Below, in pieces: positions 20,357 to 29,044 of a stretch of DNA of 42,889 bases. Location of the stretch: IMG/VR virus record IMGVR_UViG_2703718853_000004; one strand, given 5' to 3'. Each line of letters opens with the position of its first letter. Position 1 is the stretch's first letter. Below the pieces are notes generated by a model. It was not told where the DNA came from. It did no database searches and saw nothing but the letters and a program-made list of their open reading frames with translations. The translations under genes were made by a program, and so were the position numbers. The stretch comes from a virus. Lineage: Duplodnaviria > Heunggongvirae > Uroviricota > Caudoviricetes.

Positions 20357-21629
20357 CGATGCCGGTAACGTCAGACAGCTCGCGCAAATCAGTCAGCGCA
20401 GCAGCCGGCGACATGCCCAAATCACGCACCGCGGTTGCAAGAGCGGTAGTTGTGTTGGTTGCCACCGTGGAGCGATCGGTGTCGCTCATCTGCCACAGGG
20501 GGTTAAACTCAAAGGTGAAATCTTGCGGCAACGGCTCGCCAAACTCTGAGCGATGCAGTACATCGAATAACAGGCGGATGTGAGGCCGTAAATCTCGCTC
20601 CTGAAGCGTTCCAACGTCGTCGTAGTAGTTCGCGAGGTCAGCGTCACCGGTTGAAAAACCCTTCGGTGACTGGCGGAACAGACGGACAAGAGGAATGCCA
20701 ACAGCACCCGCGATATCCTCTTTAAACTCGCTAAGCAGGTCAGACAGGCCCGCGAAAGAATAGGAATGTGTTTCAAATTCGTCCTCCGAATCAAACAGGG
20801 ACATACCCTCGTTCGTCTGGTACTGGCGGACCATTTCCATATTCTTGATAAGCGCTTCAAACGCCTTACCGCCGGTGGCGATAATTTCACGCAGCTTTTT
20901 AATCTTTGCCGTTCGCAGATGTGCCTTGTAGGCAAGCTGGGCGGCTCCGACGCTGGTGCTATCGTAGGAAGTCAGGCGATCGAAGATGCGCTCGACAATG
21001 GACATCCCCCATTCGTTTTCGGTGATTTTCTGCTGGTACGGCAGTTTCACACCATCCATGCGGATCAGGCGGCTGTGGTGAACAGTCCAAGGAGGAAGCC
21101 CCTGCGCCGTTGTCACGATTTCATAGAATTCAGGCTTGCCAAGGTTGGGGCCAAGCGCCTTAATGCGTCTGGTGAGCTGTGGGTTAATCATCCAGCGGTC
21201 AAGTACAGCCAGACCTTTAAAGCTGCCCTTACCAACCTTATCCAGCACCAGCGGCGTCAGCGGTGCCTGACCTTCAATCAGAATCAGCGCCACAGCCCCG
21301 CCATACAGCCGGGACCATTTCAGCGTCTCGTTGATGCAATCCCAAAGCTGAAGCTCATCGAACCGCGATTCAAGAATGCCACGGCGTTTCGGGTCTATCT
21401 CACTGGTGATCCGCACTCCTTTTTTGGTCATATCGTCCGCTTTCGAATCGACTGCGGCGCCAATAATCCAGGAGGAACGATAAGCCCACTCGATGAGCAG
21501 ACGGTTGCGGCTGGTATAGTTCGCCCTGTAGGTCGATGCGGCATGCTGGTTAGGCTGCTGCATACCGACACGGGCAACAAAGTTATCGTACGAATCCGCC
21601 GTGGCGACTCGTCCTGTTTTCTTCGCCAT
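20178..21629 (-). CDS. Portal protein
   Basis: 483 aa, next major gene after terminase large subunit; GGAGAA SD; acidic C-terminal tail. Confidence 0.7.
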   Translation of the reverse strand: MAKKTGRVATADSYDNFVARVGMQQPNQHAASTYRANYTSRNRLLIEWAYRSSWIIGAAVDSKADDMTKKGVRITSEIDPKRRGILESRFDELQLWDCINETLKWSRLYGGAVALILIEGQAPLTPLVLDKVGKGSFKGLAVLDRWMINPQLTRRIKALGPNLGKPEFYEIVTTAQGLPPWTVHHSRLIRMDGVKLPYQQKITENEWGMSIVERIFDRLTSYDSTSVGAAQLAYKAHLRTAKIKKLREIIATGGKAFEALIKNMEMVRQYQTNEGMSLFDSEDEFETHSYSFAGLSDLLSEFKEDIAGAVGIPLVRLFRQSPKGFSTGDADLANYYDDVGTLQERDLRPHIRLLFDVLHRSEFGEPLPQDFTFEFNPLWQMSDTDRSTVATNTTTALATAVRDLGMSPAAALTDLRELSDVTGIGASISDEDIQNAAKQWQETESETSPPPPIGGPVSEKPTGDSRPDKPNRYGLLRWFTGKR

Positions 21630-21851
21630 GGTGACTATTCTCCGGCTTTTTTGGTACTCGTGGCGGATAGGATAATTTGTTAAAAAATGACCCGATTTAA
21701 CTTATGTTGTGCGGAAATTCAGTTCATGAAATGTCCGCCAAAGGCTTATTTATCTGGGTTAAGTGGCTAAAAGCGCGTGAATAAAACATGCATAAACAGG
21801 GTCGAAAAATGAATAGCGTGAATTTTGCGTGAAACGGTTATTTCCAGGTAT

Positions 21852-23252
21852 TTAGCTGTTTCCCAGCGCTTCCCAGATATCCATTGCCGTATCGGTTGGA
21901 GCAAACGCCATGATGAACGCGTCGGCCACGTTCGGCGATGGTACGTCACGCTTGGCGAGGTCTTTCTTGCTTTCCACCATCACGCGACCGTTTTTGTCAA
22001 AATCACGGTGCGGGGTGGTAAGTTCCAGCTTGAGCTTTTCCAGCAGCGGACAAGATGAGTCGATGCTTATCAGCTCATCTACCGGGTACTGCTCGCCGTT
22101 CTTTACCGCGTTGAAGGTGTTACGGAAGCGATCCGCCACCAGCCACCAGGCTTGCGCTTTGAGGTTGGCGAAAAAATCCTTGTTCGGGATGCCAATATAT
22201 TCGTAGTCCGGCTCATTCACACCAGCGCCAGCATTGAATCGCTGATAATTGATGCGGGATGCATTCATGTTTTCGCGCTTACGATCCTCATTAATTTCTG
22301 AGAATTTCGCGCCAGCAGATGCCCCAACGCCGATTGAGTCGTAGACAATATCAGCATCACGCTCCAGTGCCGCCTGATACGTACGCTGGCAGCTCTTCAG
22401 CAATTCGTCTTCTTTCGCCTTCCACTCATCCGCCCAATACACGACGGAGCCGTGACGATAGACGTTAGCGCACTTATCGGCGCCGCTATCAGCAACGTCG
22501 AAGCCAATACGCTTGCGCCCGCTCGGCTCGAAATTAAGGACTTTATGGGCATCAACGGCCGCCTCAATCCATGACAGCTTGATAATGGCCGCATCATCAT
22601 CCGACTCTGGCACGCCTTCGTAGACATGCTTAAACCCATCCGGATCCCGGCGTTTAGCGGCGTCGATAACCTTCAGCATGGTGTCGGACAAAAAGGGGTT
22701 TTCATCGTAGTTGATTTTGCGTATCAGCGTATCTTCTGGCGGATCGACCACAAAGTTACGCCACACGAAATCAGTCACCAGCCCGGGGTTAAAGATAAAC
22801 CAGCACTCTGATCCCTCTTTACGGATGGTTGGCTCCAGTATCTTCCACTGGTATTCCGTCAGCGCGTGGGCCTCTTCAAGCCACAGAACGCTGATACCCT
22901 CCAGAGACTTAATCTCTTCAATGTTGCGCCAGAGCCCATAAAAGACGAATTCAGACCCGGTCACCCGGTTAATGATTTTGTTGTTCAGAATGCGGAAACG
23001 ATGCCGCAGGCCAAAGCGGTCAATCTGAATTTTGAGCAGGGTATATACCGACTCTTCAATTTTGTTCTGGATCTGACGTGCACAGCAAAAGCGCAGGCTG
23101 TATTTATTCGACAGAAATATGGCTATGCCAGCGGCATCCCACGATTTTGACGATGACCGGCCACCATAAAGCACTTTGTTACGCGCCTGCGTCGTCCAGA
23201 AGCTACGCAGGACCGGATTCAGCGTCGGTTTGGATGTCAGAGTAGAAGTCAT
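21852..23252 (-). CDS. Terminase large subunit
   Basis: Start set at MTSTLTSKP (GGAGAG SD upstream); ATPase-like N-terminal region (GGRSSSKSWD, WLEEAH) and acidic nuclease-like C-terminal region; follows terS. Confidence 0.8.
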   Translation of the reverse strand: MTSTLTSKPTLNPVLRSFWTTQARNKVLYGGRSSSKSWDAAGIAIFLSNKYSLRFCCARQIQNKIEESVYTLLKIQIDRFGLRHRFRILNNKIINRVTGSEFVFYGLWRNIEEIKSLEGISVLWLEEAHALTEYQWKILEPTIRKEGSECWFIFNPGLVTDFVWRNFVVDPPEDTLIRKINYDENPFLSDTMLKVIDAAKRRDPDGFKHVYEGVPESDDDAAIIKLSWIEAAVDAHKVLNFEPSGRKRIGFDVADSGADKCANVYRHGSVVYWADEWKAKEDELLKSCQRTYQAALERDADIVYDSIGVGASAGAKFSEINEDRKRENMNASRINYQRFNAGAGVNEPDYEYIGIPNKDFFANLKAQAWWLVADRFRNTFNAVKNGEQYPVDELISIDSSCPLLEKLKLELTTPHRDFDKNGRVMVESKKDLAKRDVPSPNVADAFIMAFAPTDTAMDIWEALGNS

Positions 23253-23979
23253 TGAGGTCACGCTCTCCGTTGCCATCATCAATACCTGCATCACGGCGAA
23301 GACGATCGGCCTCCAGCGACACCTTATCAGTAGCAGCCTTGCGATAGTCTGTATCAGCAAATATTTTGCCTACCGTCGCAAGCGTGCCGACGATAGACTC
23401 AATACGAACGGTATTGCGCATCATCGCCTTCTCGGCGGCGCTGATATTTTCCATCAACACCTTTCTTTCCTGGTCCCCTTCAGCATCATCCAGCTTGGTC
23501 AACCACCGGCCAATATTCTCTGCGGCGACAAGGTTGTTAGCCCGAAGGCGAAATAATTCGTCTTCGAGTGTCAACGCTTTCGCGTCTTCAATGACCTCAT
23601 CTTTAAGCAGAAGACGGCGGGCGTAACCACCATGCTTTAACGCCTGCTGGTTGCCGGGTTGGAATGGGTTGGTCGGCGGATCGGTACGCACCCCGCGTAT
23701 CGGTTTCGTATCTGGTGGAGGTTCGGCTTTTGCTTGCGTACTTTTTTGCGTACGGCCAGCGCTGGCAGGCTTTTCGCTGGTACGCACCTTGCTCTTTTGC
23801 GTACCACTTTGCGTACCATTTTTGCGTACCTGCGTACCGCTATTGCGTACCCAGTCAAATTTTTTAGCCCTCTTCCTGATAGCCCCTTCAGTAACGCCGT
23901 ATTTATCGCCTATATCACGGAGACTAAGGACTCCGGCCCGGTATGCCGATTCGATGGCCTCCCAGTCCGGTTTTGCCAT
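23203..23979 (-). CDS. Terminase small subunit
   Basis: 258 aa; N-terminal HTH-like LSLRDIGDKYGVTEGAIRKR; immediately upstream of terL. Confidence 0.65.
   Translation of the reverse strand: MAKPDWEAIESAYRAGVLSLRDIGDKYGVTEGAIRKRAKKFDWVRNSGTQVRKNGTQSGTQKSKVRTSEKPASAGRTQKSTQAKAEPPPDTKPIRGVRTDPPTNPFQPGNQQALKHGGYARRLLLKDEVIEDAKALTLEDELFRLRANNLVAAENIGRWLTKLDDAEGDQERKVLMENISAAEKAMMRNTVRIESIVGTLATVGKIFADTDYRKAATDKVSLEADRLRRDAGIDDGNGERDLNDFYSDIQTDAESGPA
23733..23850. repeat. Cluster of at least 7 TGCGTAC direct repeats inside terS (pac-site candidate)
   Basis: TTGCGTAC recurs at about 23733, 23746, 23797, 23808, 23821, 23831 and 23843, plus one inverted copy near 23780. Confidence 0.45.
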
Positions 23980-24037
23980 AATTTTGTCCTCGCCTTGACA
24001 TTATCGAGCCACCTCTTGAAGTGGCTCTGTAATGCCA

Positions 24038-24466
24038 TCAAGCTAAAACGCCGACCGTCTGTTTTTCTACTTTGTCTCTGGCCAGAGAAATGCAGAACCG
24101 CACAAACAGGGATGAAAGCGCATAACACACTGCGGTAAATACCCAGCCGCCGTAGGCAAGTAGAGCGATGGTCGCCATCATGCAGAACCAGCCCCACCAT
24201 CGAGCAATGACGTTCTTACGCCGGACAATCTTCCTCAGCGACTCCAGCACAGACTGACGTGATTTCTCATCAGTTATATGCTCTGCACCATGTGCGAGAA
24301 ATATTGTGATAATGCCAACCACCCCACCAAGAAATACCACCACCCAAAACGCAGCAGCAGCCACGTTAAGGACGTTGCTTTGCCCTGTGACCGACCCAAA
24401 AGCCAGCGCCGCAAGCAACGCGTAATAGAGGCCCTTATCAATCATGTCGATTAAAAACTTTTTCAT
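24038..24466 (-). CDS. Integral membrane protein (about 4 TM segments), function unknown
   Basis: 142 aa with four hydrophobic stretches; sits between the AT-rich cassette and terS. Confidence 0.45.
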   Translation of the reverse strand: MKKFLIDMIDKGLYYALLAALAFGSVTGQSNVLNVAAAAFWVVVFLGGVVGIITIFLAHGAEHITDEKSRQSVLESLRKIVRRKNVIARWWGWFCMMATIALLAYGGWVFTAVCYALSSLFVRFCISLARDKVEKQTVGVLA

Positions 24467-24575
24467 GCTGTTTTCCTTTTAGATGTGAGCCTGTCGCACG
24501 GCAGAGCCGCCGAAAGTTAACGGTTTGCCCAAGCTCACCGCTGAAATACTTTCTTTGATGTGCGCGAGCGATGCG

Positions 24576-24602
24576 CATAAAAAAGCCCCGCGATTGCAGG
24601 GC
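24576..24602 (-). terminator. Intrinsic terminator-like hairpin downstream of the AT-rich cassette
   Basis: Minus-strand GCCCTGC-aatc-GCGGGGC followed by TTTTTTA. Confidence 0.5.
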
Positions 24603-24635
24603 TGTATCTCATAAACTGAAAGTAAATGGATGAAA

Positions 24636-24902
24636 CTATTTTTTTATGTTTTCGAAAGTGGCTTCTACCATTTTCTTTCCAAACTCACCCATATCTTTAT
24701 ACATAACCTTTAAAAAGTTAATTGTGTTTGACGCTGCACCTTCCAATTTCCATTTACATGCAATAAAATTACAATTAATTAAATTAAAAGGCTGCAATCC
24801 TTTATATACAATTTCGCAATTTTCAAAAACGCACTTTTCGAAATGGTTGCCATCCAGTTCGACGACAGTATTATTAAAAGTGCTTGAAATAAATTTATTC
24901 AT
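24636..24902 (-). CDS. Small Cys-containing protein with period-5 (pentapeptide-repeat-like) hydrophobic pattern, AT-rich moron
   Basis: 88 aa; in VELDG/NHFEK/CVFEN/CEIVY/KGLQP/FNLIN/CNFIA/CKWKL every third pentad residue is hydrophobic; ATGA-coupled to the upstream membrane protein. Confidence 0.5.
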   Translation of the reverse strand: MNKFISSTFNNTVVELDGNHFEKCVFENCEIVYKGLQPFNLINCNFIACKWKLEGAASNTINFLKVMYKDMGEFGKKMVEATFENIKK

Positions 24903-25207
24903 ATTAATTCAAAGCCTTGCGTTGCATCAGTATCCTTGACATCATTACCGATCATTTTACCATTGGCCTGCATGAATCCTTTATCGTTGCTATAATCGCT
25001 TGGAGCATAAAGTGCAACATGATTAAAATTCAGCGTCAAAAAAAACACTATTACAAGCCCTGCCGGGAAAAACATTAAAAACCAAAGATATGTACTTTGT
25101 TGGGAATCATTAAGAAAAGGTAATACGAGGTTTGCAGAGACCTCTACTATCCCCGCAAAAATACCGATAATCGTTAACGGGTTTTTTATGTGGTTTATCG
25201 CGGACAA
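24899..25207 (-). CDS. Small 2-TM membrane protein, AT-rich moron
   Basis: 102 aa; hydrophobic segments about residues 10-32 and 38-60, then a polar C-terminal tail; very AT-rich codon usage. Confidence 0.5.
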   Translation of the reverse strand: MSAINHIKNPLTIIGIFAGIVEVSANLVLPFLNDSQQSTYLWFLMFFPAGLVIVFFLTLNFNHVALYAPSDYSNDKGFMQANGKMIGNDVKDTDATQGFELI

Positions 25208-25304
25208 CGCAGAACCCTCCTGAAATCATTTAGGGGGATTATATCAGCAACTAAATCAAAGAGCATCATCATAGGCAATAATTGAATGCCAGTTGTCATG
25301 CTTA

Positions 25305-25538
25305 TCATTTTGGAATGGTGACGGCTGTTGGTTTCTGGCAGTTCGCCTGCCAAGCTTTGTTATGCGCCAGGATGTCGCGCTTGGTCTGCTTATCCAGCAC
25401 GTCGATGTCGTGGTCGGTCAGGTAGATGATCCGCACCCAGCTGCAGGCCGTATCAACGACTACCGGGGCGGGTAAACTTTTCGCGCAGCTCCCGATCAAC
25501 ATCGTCATCAGGCATATGGCTAACGGTTTGCTGTACAT
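25305..25538 (-). CDS. Putative outer-membrane spanin lipoprotein (Rz1-like)
   Basis: Start at MYSKPLAICLMTMLIGSC (lipobox LIGSC) in an alternate frame overlapping the 3' end of the i-spanin-like gene. Confidence 0.4.
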   Translation of the reverse strand: MYSKPLAICLMTMLIGSCAKSLPAPVVVDTACSWVRIIYLTDHDIDVLDKQTKRDILAHNKAWQANCQKPTAVTIPK

Positions 25539-25728
25539 CGCTTGCCTCCTTCGTGACTTCTGCCTTACGTTCTGCTGCGGCGACGGTGGCGGCGGCATTC
25601 TCTTCGGTACGCTGCTGAACGGCTTTGGCTTGCGCCTTACTGGTCCCGCGAGCATGACCAATGCCGAACGCGCCAGCTATAGCGCCCAGGATGACGACCA
25701 CCAGACCAGAAATAATTTCGAAGCTCAC
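25453..25728 (-). CDS. Putative inner-membrane spanin (Rz-like)
   Basis: 91 aa; N-terminal TM segment then charged helical region; embedded lipoprotein ORF. Confidence 0.4.
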   Translation of the reverse strand: MSFEIISGLVVVILGAIAGAFGIGHARGTSKAQAKAVQQRTEENAAATVAAAERKAEVTKEASDVQQTVSHMPDDDVDRELREKFTRPGSR

Positions 25729-26072
25729 TGCTGCGGCTCCTTCAGTTCTTCGGCCTTAGCTTTCAATGCTGGCTGGCGTACGTATTGCGAAAGCACCGCC
25801 AGCACCACCAGCGCAGGGCTAATCAACGCAACAATGTTTGGAGGCAGAATGTTTTTGATATCCGGCGGCAGCATCGCCCAGGCGTGCAGCGCAGCATCCG
25901 GGAACGACTGCGCCCACATGCCAACCAGCGCACCGATAGCCCCCAGCTTTACAGACCACGTTTTCAGCAGCAGGCTGGCATGGGCAACGAACTCCAGCCG
26001 GGTATATTTGCGCAGCAGTAACAGAACGAGCACAGCCACCACCACGAGCAAAGCGAAGATGATCATCTTCAT
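25725..26072 (-). CDS. Lysis-associated membrane protein
   Basis: 115 aa hydrophobic protein ATGA-coupled to the endolysin gene. Confidence 0.4.
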   Translation of the reverse strand: MKMIIFALLVVVAVLVLLLLRKYTRLEFVAHASLLLKTWSVKLGAIGALVGMWAQSFPDAALHAWAMLPPDIKNILPPNIVALISPALVVLAVLSQYVRQPALKAKAEELKEPQQ

Positions 26073-26608
26073 AGCACGCGCTCCTTAACCCAGCCGTAGA
26101 GGAAATCCTCGTTGGCTTCGCGGCCCTCCGCCAGTTCGAGGTATCTGGCGCCCTGGCTGCAGTTCAGCGCACGTAACAGAACCTGTTCCCCCTCTTTCCC
26201 GCGGGCTGAAAGATATCCCTTAAGCGCAGTGATGGTTCGGGGGCCAATGGCGCCATCCGGGATCAGATCGGGATACAACTTCCCACGCATGTTAAGGGCA
26301 GTGAGCCAGCGCTGGAAAAACTTAATTGCAACCGATGGCCCCATGTTCACGCCAGTGTCGCAAAGCTCATCTGCCAGTAACGTAGATAAACTTGCCACCT
26401 GATCGAATCGGGGGCCGGTCCAGTAATCGCTGAGCAGAATTTGCTTTGCTGTTTCCCTGGGCAGGCTTCTCATATCACCGGTGTAACCATGTGCTCGAGC
26501 TGTGGTCTGCGTGATGCCCCAGCGGGTCGGCCCGCCTTTATCCGACGGATGATCGACATAACCGCCCTCTTTGCCGAGGATCCCCTCGATAGTCTGGTCT
26601 GCTTTCAT
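26069..26608 (-). CDS. Endolysin (GH108-type lysozyme with peptidoglycan-binding domain)
   Basis: EGGYVDHPSDKGGPTRWGIT matches the GH108 N-terminal signature; sits between holin and spanin genes. Confidence 0.75.
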   Translation of the reverse strand: MKADQTIEGILGKEGGYVDHPSDKGGPTRWGITQTTARAHGYTGDMRSLPRETAKQILLSDYWTGPRFDQVASLSTLLADELCDTGVNMGPSVAIKFFQRWLTALNMRGKLYPDLIPDGAIGPRTITALKGYLSARGKEGEQVLLRALNCSQGARYLELAEGREANEDFLYGWVKERVL

Positions 26609-26916
26609 TGTGCTTTCACTCCGGTGATTCGTTCCCAGAAATACGTGAGCGCTACGGAACCCATAGCACCACTGATACCGGCAGTGGCCAGTATCATGTA
26701 AATACTCAGGCCACCTTCAATGCTGATGAGCCCACCAATAACCCCGGTAAAAGCCGAAACCACAATCTGCGCAAAAGCATTTATCCAGCTCCATTTTGCT
26801 TTGCCCTGCTTTACATCCATCAGGAATCGGACAAGGCCGCCCCAACCAGCAATGATCAGCAGAACCAGCCAGGACATCCCGGCAATGCTCTCTTTGTCTT
26901 GCATACGCTTAGCCAT
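26605..26916 (-). CDS. Holin
   Basis: 103 aa with about three TM segments, GGAGG SD, first gene after the late terminators and overlapping the endolysin start. Confidence 0.6.
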   Translation of the reverse strand: MAKRMQDKESIAGMSWLVLLIIAGWGGLVRFLMDVKQGKAKWSWINAFAQIVVSAFTGVIGGLISIEGGLSIYMILATAGISGAMGSVALTYFWERITGVKAQ

Positions 26917-27020
26917 AGTTACCGCCTCCGATGAAAGATCGGGAAGCTGTGTGTGAGAAGGTCAGGGCCGTCGGGCTGATTTACCAACAAAGCGTCGAGG
27001 GTGATTCCCGCGACCCTGAA

Positions 27021-27047
27021 AATAAAAAAGCCTGCGGTTAGGCAGGC
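27021..27047 (-). terminator. Intrinsic terminator between the tRNA-like gene and holin
   Basis: Minus-strand GCCTGC-ctaacc-GCAGGC followed by TTTTTTATT. Confidence 0.55.
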
Positions 27048-27181
27048 AATAAGCATGAGGGTAATAGCAATGTCGGTGATGACCGAAAATACCCAGGCTT
27101 GGTCTGGCGGCCTGTGACGCTGTTGCAGCAGCGCCCCTGATGGATTGGATTATGAGCCCGTCATCAGGTCAGGCCATTATT

Positions 27182-27256
27182 TGGCGGGACAGGAAGGATT
27201 CGAACCTTCTACCATTCGGTTAACAGCCGAACGCACAACCGCTGTGCTTCTGACCC
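27182..27256 (-). tRNA. tRNA-like gene, anticodon GTT (Asn), atypical
   Basis: Hand-folded 75-nt cloverleaf: acceptor GGGTCAG/CTGTCCC (one T-T mismatch), anticodon arm TTCGG-CTGTTAA-CCGAA, T-arm GAAGG-TTCGAAT-CCTTC, 3' GCCA; position 8 is A rather than U. Confidence 0.5.
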
Positions 27257-27260
27257 TGAA

Positions 27261-27292
27261 ATGAAAAAGCCCAAGGCGTTAACCTCGGGCTT
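27261..27292 (-). terminator. Terminator-like hairpin just downstream of the Q gene (tR'-like)
   Basis: Minus-strand imperfect stem (GCCCGAGG/CCTTGGGC) followed by TTTTTCAT. Confidence 0.4.
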
Positions 27293-27359
27293 GAATTCTT
27301 TATGTGTCGACAATCGAAGCTATGGCGACGATATCAGATTTACATGAAATATATGCCTT

Positions 27360-28049
27360 TCAGTTCGGTTTTGCAAGACTTACATCTAAATTTGACGCCT
27401 TTTGTTGTGAACGTGATCGCGTTACCGCCATGAGAGCGTCGCTATCAAGCTTCACAAAACTGCTGCGCAGCGCCAGCCAATGAGGGAGGTAGGTTTCTGT
27501 CCATGTGGACTTTGCTACACCAACCAGCTCCGCCAGCGACTGGTATTCATACGTCTCCCGTCCTGCCAGCTCGGCTTTGACGTCCTGTGCGGCCAGCCAG
27601 ATAAGTTGACGGAGGCGATCGACTGTTTTCTTTGCAATGCGCACACCGGCCAGCTTGTCGCTGAATTGCTCCCATGCCCAGCGGGTTATCGTCTCCTGGT
27701 GCTCCCAGCGGATATTGTCGCTGTAGTTCCACAGCAACCAGGATTTCTGGTGGTCTTCCAGCGACAGGAGGGCGCGACGCCAGCTGGCTGTCGAGTATTC
27801 AACGGGCAGAACGAGAGCGATTGAGGAACCCTTAGCGCGGGACTGGCTGCCGCTCATCGGCGGTCCATCCGGGTTAACCATTTTTTGCTTCACCTCGCTA
27901 TATACCTTCTTCCGGCCACGGCTGCGCGCCGTAGCGGTAAATTGCGCGTTCTCTGCAAGAGCTACCAGTTGCCCTTTCGTCGCACCACTCAGATCGGCGG
28001 TGGCCACTATCAGCTGCTGGCGAACAAATTCCAAGTATTGAGCTGTCAT
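27360..28049 (-). CDS. Late-gene antitermination protein Q-like
   Basis: 229 aa; occupies the conserved position between the Nin region and the late terminator/tRNA/lysis region; family assignment is positional. Confidence 0.5.
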   Translation of the reverse strand: MTAQYLEFVRQQLIVATADLSGATKGQLVALAENAQFTATARSRGRKKVYSEVKQKMVNPDGPPMSGSQSRAKGSSIALVLPVEYSTASWRRALLSLEDHQKSWLLWNYSDNIRWEHQETITRWAWEQFSDKLAGVRIAKKTVDRLRQLIWLAAQDVKAELAGRETYEYQSLAELVGVAKSTWTETYLPHWLALRSSFVKLDSDALMAVTRSRSQQKASNLDVSLAKPN

Positions 28050-28186
28050 GCTGCTTCTCCCAGGCGCTTATAGATACGGACGAAATTGCGTAATATTTTG
28101 TAGTCGACCAGCACGGTGCCGCGGCTACGCAGGAGGCGAAGCTTTTGCCAGCGGTCGCGGATGCGTTCGATAACGTCACGGCTCAT
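28046..28186 (-). CDS. NinH-like small protein (46 aa)
   Basis: [46 protein letters not shown]; ATGA-coupled to both rusA stop and Q start; SRGTV resembles lambda NinH. Confidence 0.4.
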   Translation of the reverse strand: MSRDVIERIRDRWQKLRLLRSRGTVLVDYKILRNFVRIYKRLGEAA

Positions 28187-28545
28187 GCGGACTCCATTTC
28201 GGTAATGGTTAGCTCAAGCCGCCCACCTTTGACGACAGGCATTCTCTTTACGCTGTAGTAGTCAACCTGCTGGTCATCGAGCCAGAAACCCGATTTCGTC
28301 AGGGCGTCGAATGCTGCCTTTTGCAGATTGTCCAGGTCACGGCGCCGGCGATCCGGCATGTGACACTCAATACGGATTTTCAATGGCGTGGCCAGGCCGA
28401 TATCAAGCATCGAGTCTTTGATGATTCTGGCGACGCTGTCGCGGTATGCCTGCCCTTCCGCGCTGATGTGTGTGCGTCCCCGGTTGTGCCGGTAGTAGCG
28501 GTTGTTGCTTGGCGGCCAGGGTAATGAAATGCGATATTGGTTCAT
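28183..28545 (-). CDS. rusA: Holliday junction resolvase RusA
   Basis: Start at [18 protein letters not shown]; [16 protein letters not shown] motif typical of RusA; ATGA overlap with upstream gene. Confidence 0.75.
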   Translation of the reverse strand: MNQYRISLPWPPSNNRYYRHNRGRTHISAEGQAYRDSVARIIKDSMLDIGLATPLKIRIECHMPDRRRRDLDNLQKAAFDALTKSGFWLDDQQVDYYSVKRMPVVKGGRLELTITEMESA

Positions 28546-28832
28546 GCTTTTATCAACCCCTCTTTCATCCAGATAACCTGCGTTCTGGCCATTCCCTCCA
28601 GCGCGCACTCCTTCGCATACTCCGCATCTACCAGGCGCGTGCGGCGGTCTATTTCATCGTGACAGGATGAACAGGCGATAGCGGCGAGCAGATCAGGCGG
28701 CTTAATCCCCGTCCCGCACAATCCAGCAATGCGGATATGGGCCAATACCGTGGTTTCAGGGTTGCCGTTGCAGACGCCCGGGATACGAACCTGGCATTCA
28801 CGACCGCGAGCTGCTTTACGAAGATTGGCCAT
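28542..28832 (-). CDS. Nin-region protein, Cys-rich (DUF1364-like)
   Basis: Start at [14 protein letters not shown]; ORF-track N-terminal extension discarded because the upstream gene ends at 28835. Confidence 0.45.
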   Translation of the reverse strand: MANLRKAARGRECQVRIPGVCNGNPETTVLAHIRIAGLCGTGIKPPDLLAAIACSSCHDEIDRRTRLVDAEYAKECALEGMARTQVIWMKEGLIKA

Positions 28833-28834
28833 GC

Positions 28835-29044
28835 TCACCCCCATATACGTTGACGAAGTGATCGCGGAGTATGCTCCGGGCGAACACAAACCGGCAGCCG
28901 GGCGCTGACCGTCCAACTCAGATAATCCGCGTTAAGGCTTTTCTCTGTGACAATGCCTCGCGCCTGATATCTGGACACTAACTGTTCGGCCTGCTCGGTT
29001 GTGCAGTCGGGATGCTGGAACCATGAGTATTTCATCGCCATCAC
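28835..29044 (-). CDS. Hypothetical Nin-region protein (69 aa)
   Basis: ATGA-coupled to the upstream gene. Confidence 0.4.
   Translation of the reverse strand: MMAMKYSWFQHPDCTTEQAEQLVSRYQARGIVTEKSLNADYLSWTVSARLPVCVRPEHTPRSLRQRIWG

Noticed and set aside
23733-23850. Possible CRISPR-like array from the TGCGTAC repeats
   Set aside because: Repeats are only 7-8 bp with irregular short spacing inside an open reading frame; no spacer-repeat architecture.
26919-27056. 45-aa ORF immediately upstream of the holin
   Set aside because: Its coding sequence contains the GCCTGC/GCAGGC terminator hairpin and T-tract; more likely regulatory RNA than protein.
27182-27256. tRNA-like sequence as a host tRNA integration-site remnant
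   Set aside because: It folds into a complete cloverleaf and lies internal to the prophage between Q and lysis genes, not at a boundary; better explained as phage-encoded.
27898-28179. 93-aa minus-strand ORF overlapping the Q start
   Set aside because: GTG start, overlaps 150 nt of Q; the alternative 46-aa frame (28046..28186) is ATGA-coupled on both sides and carries a NinH-like SRGTV motif.
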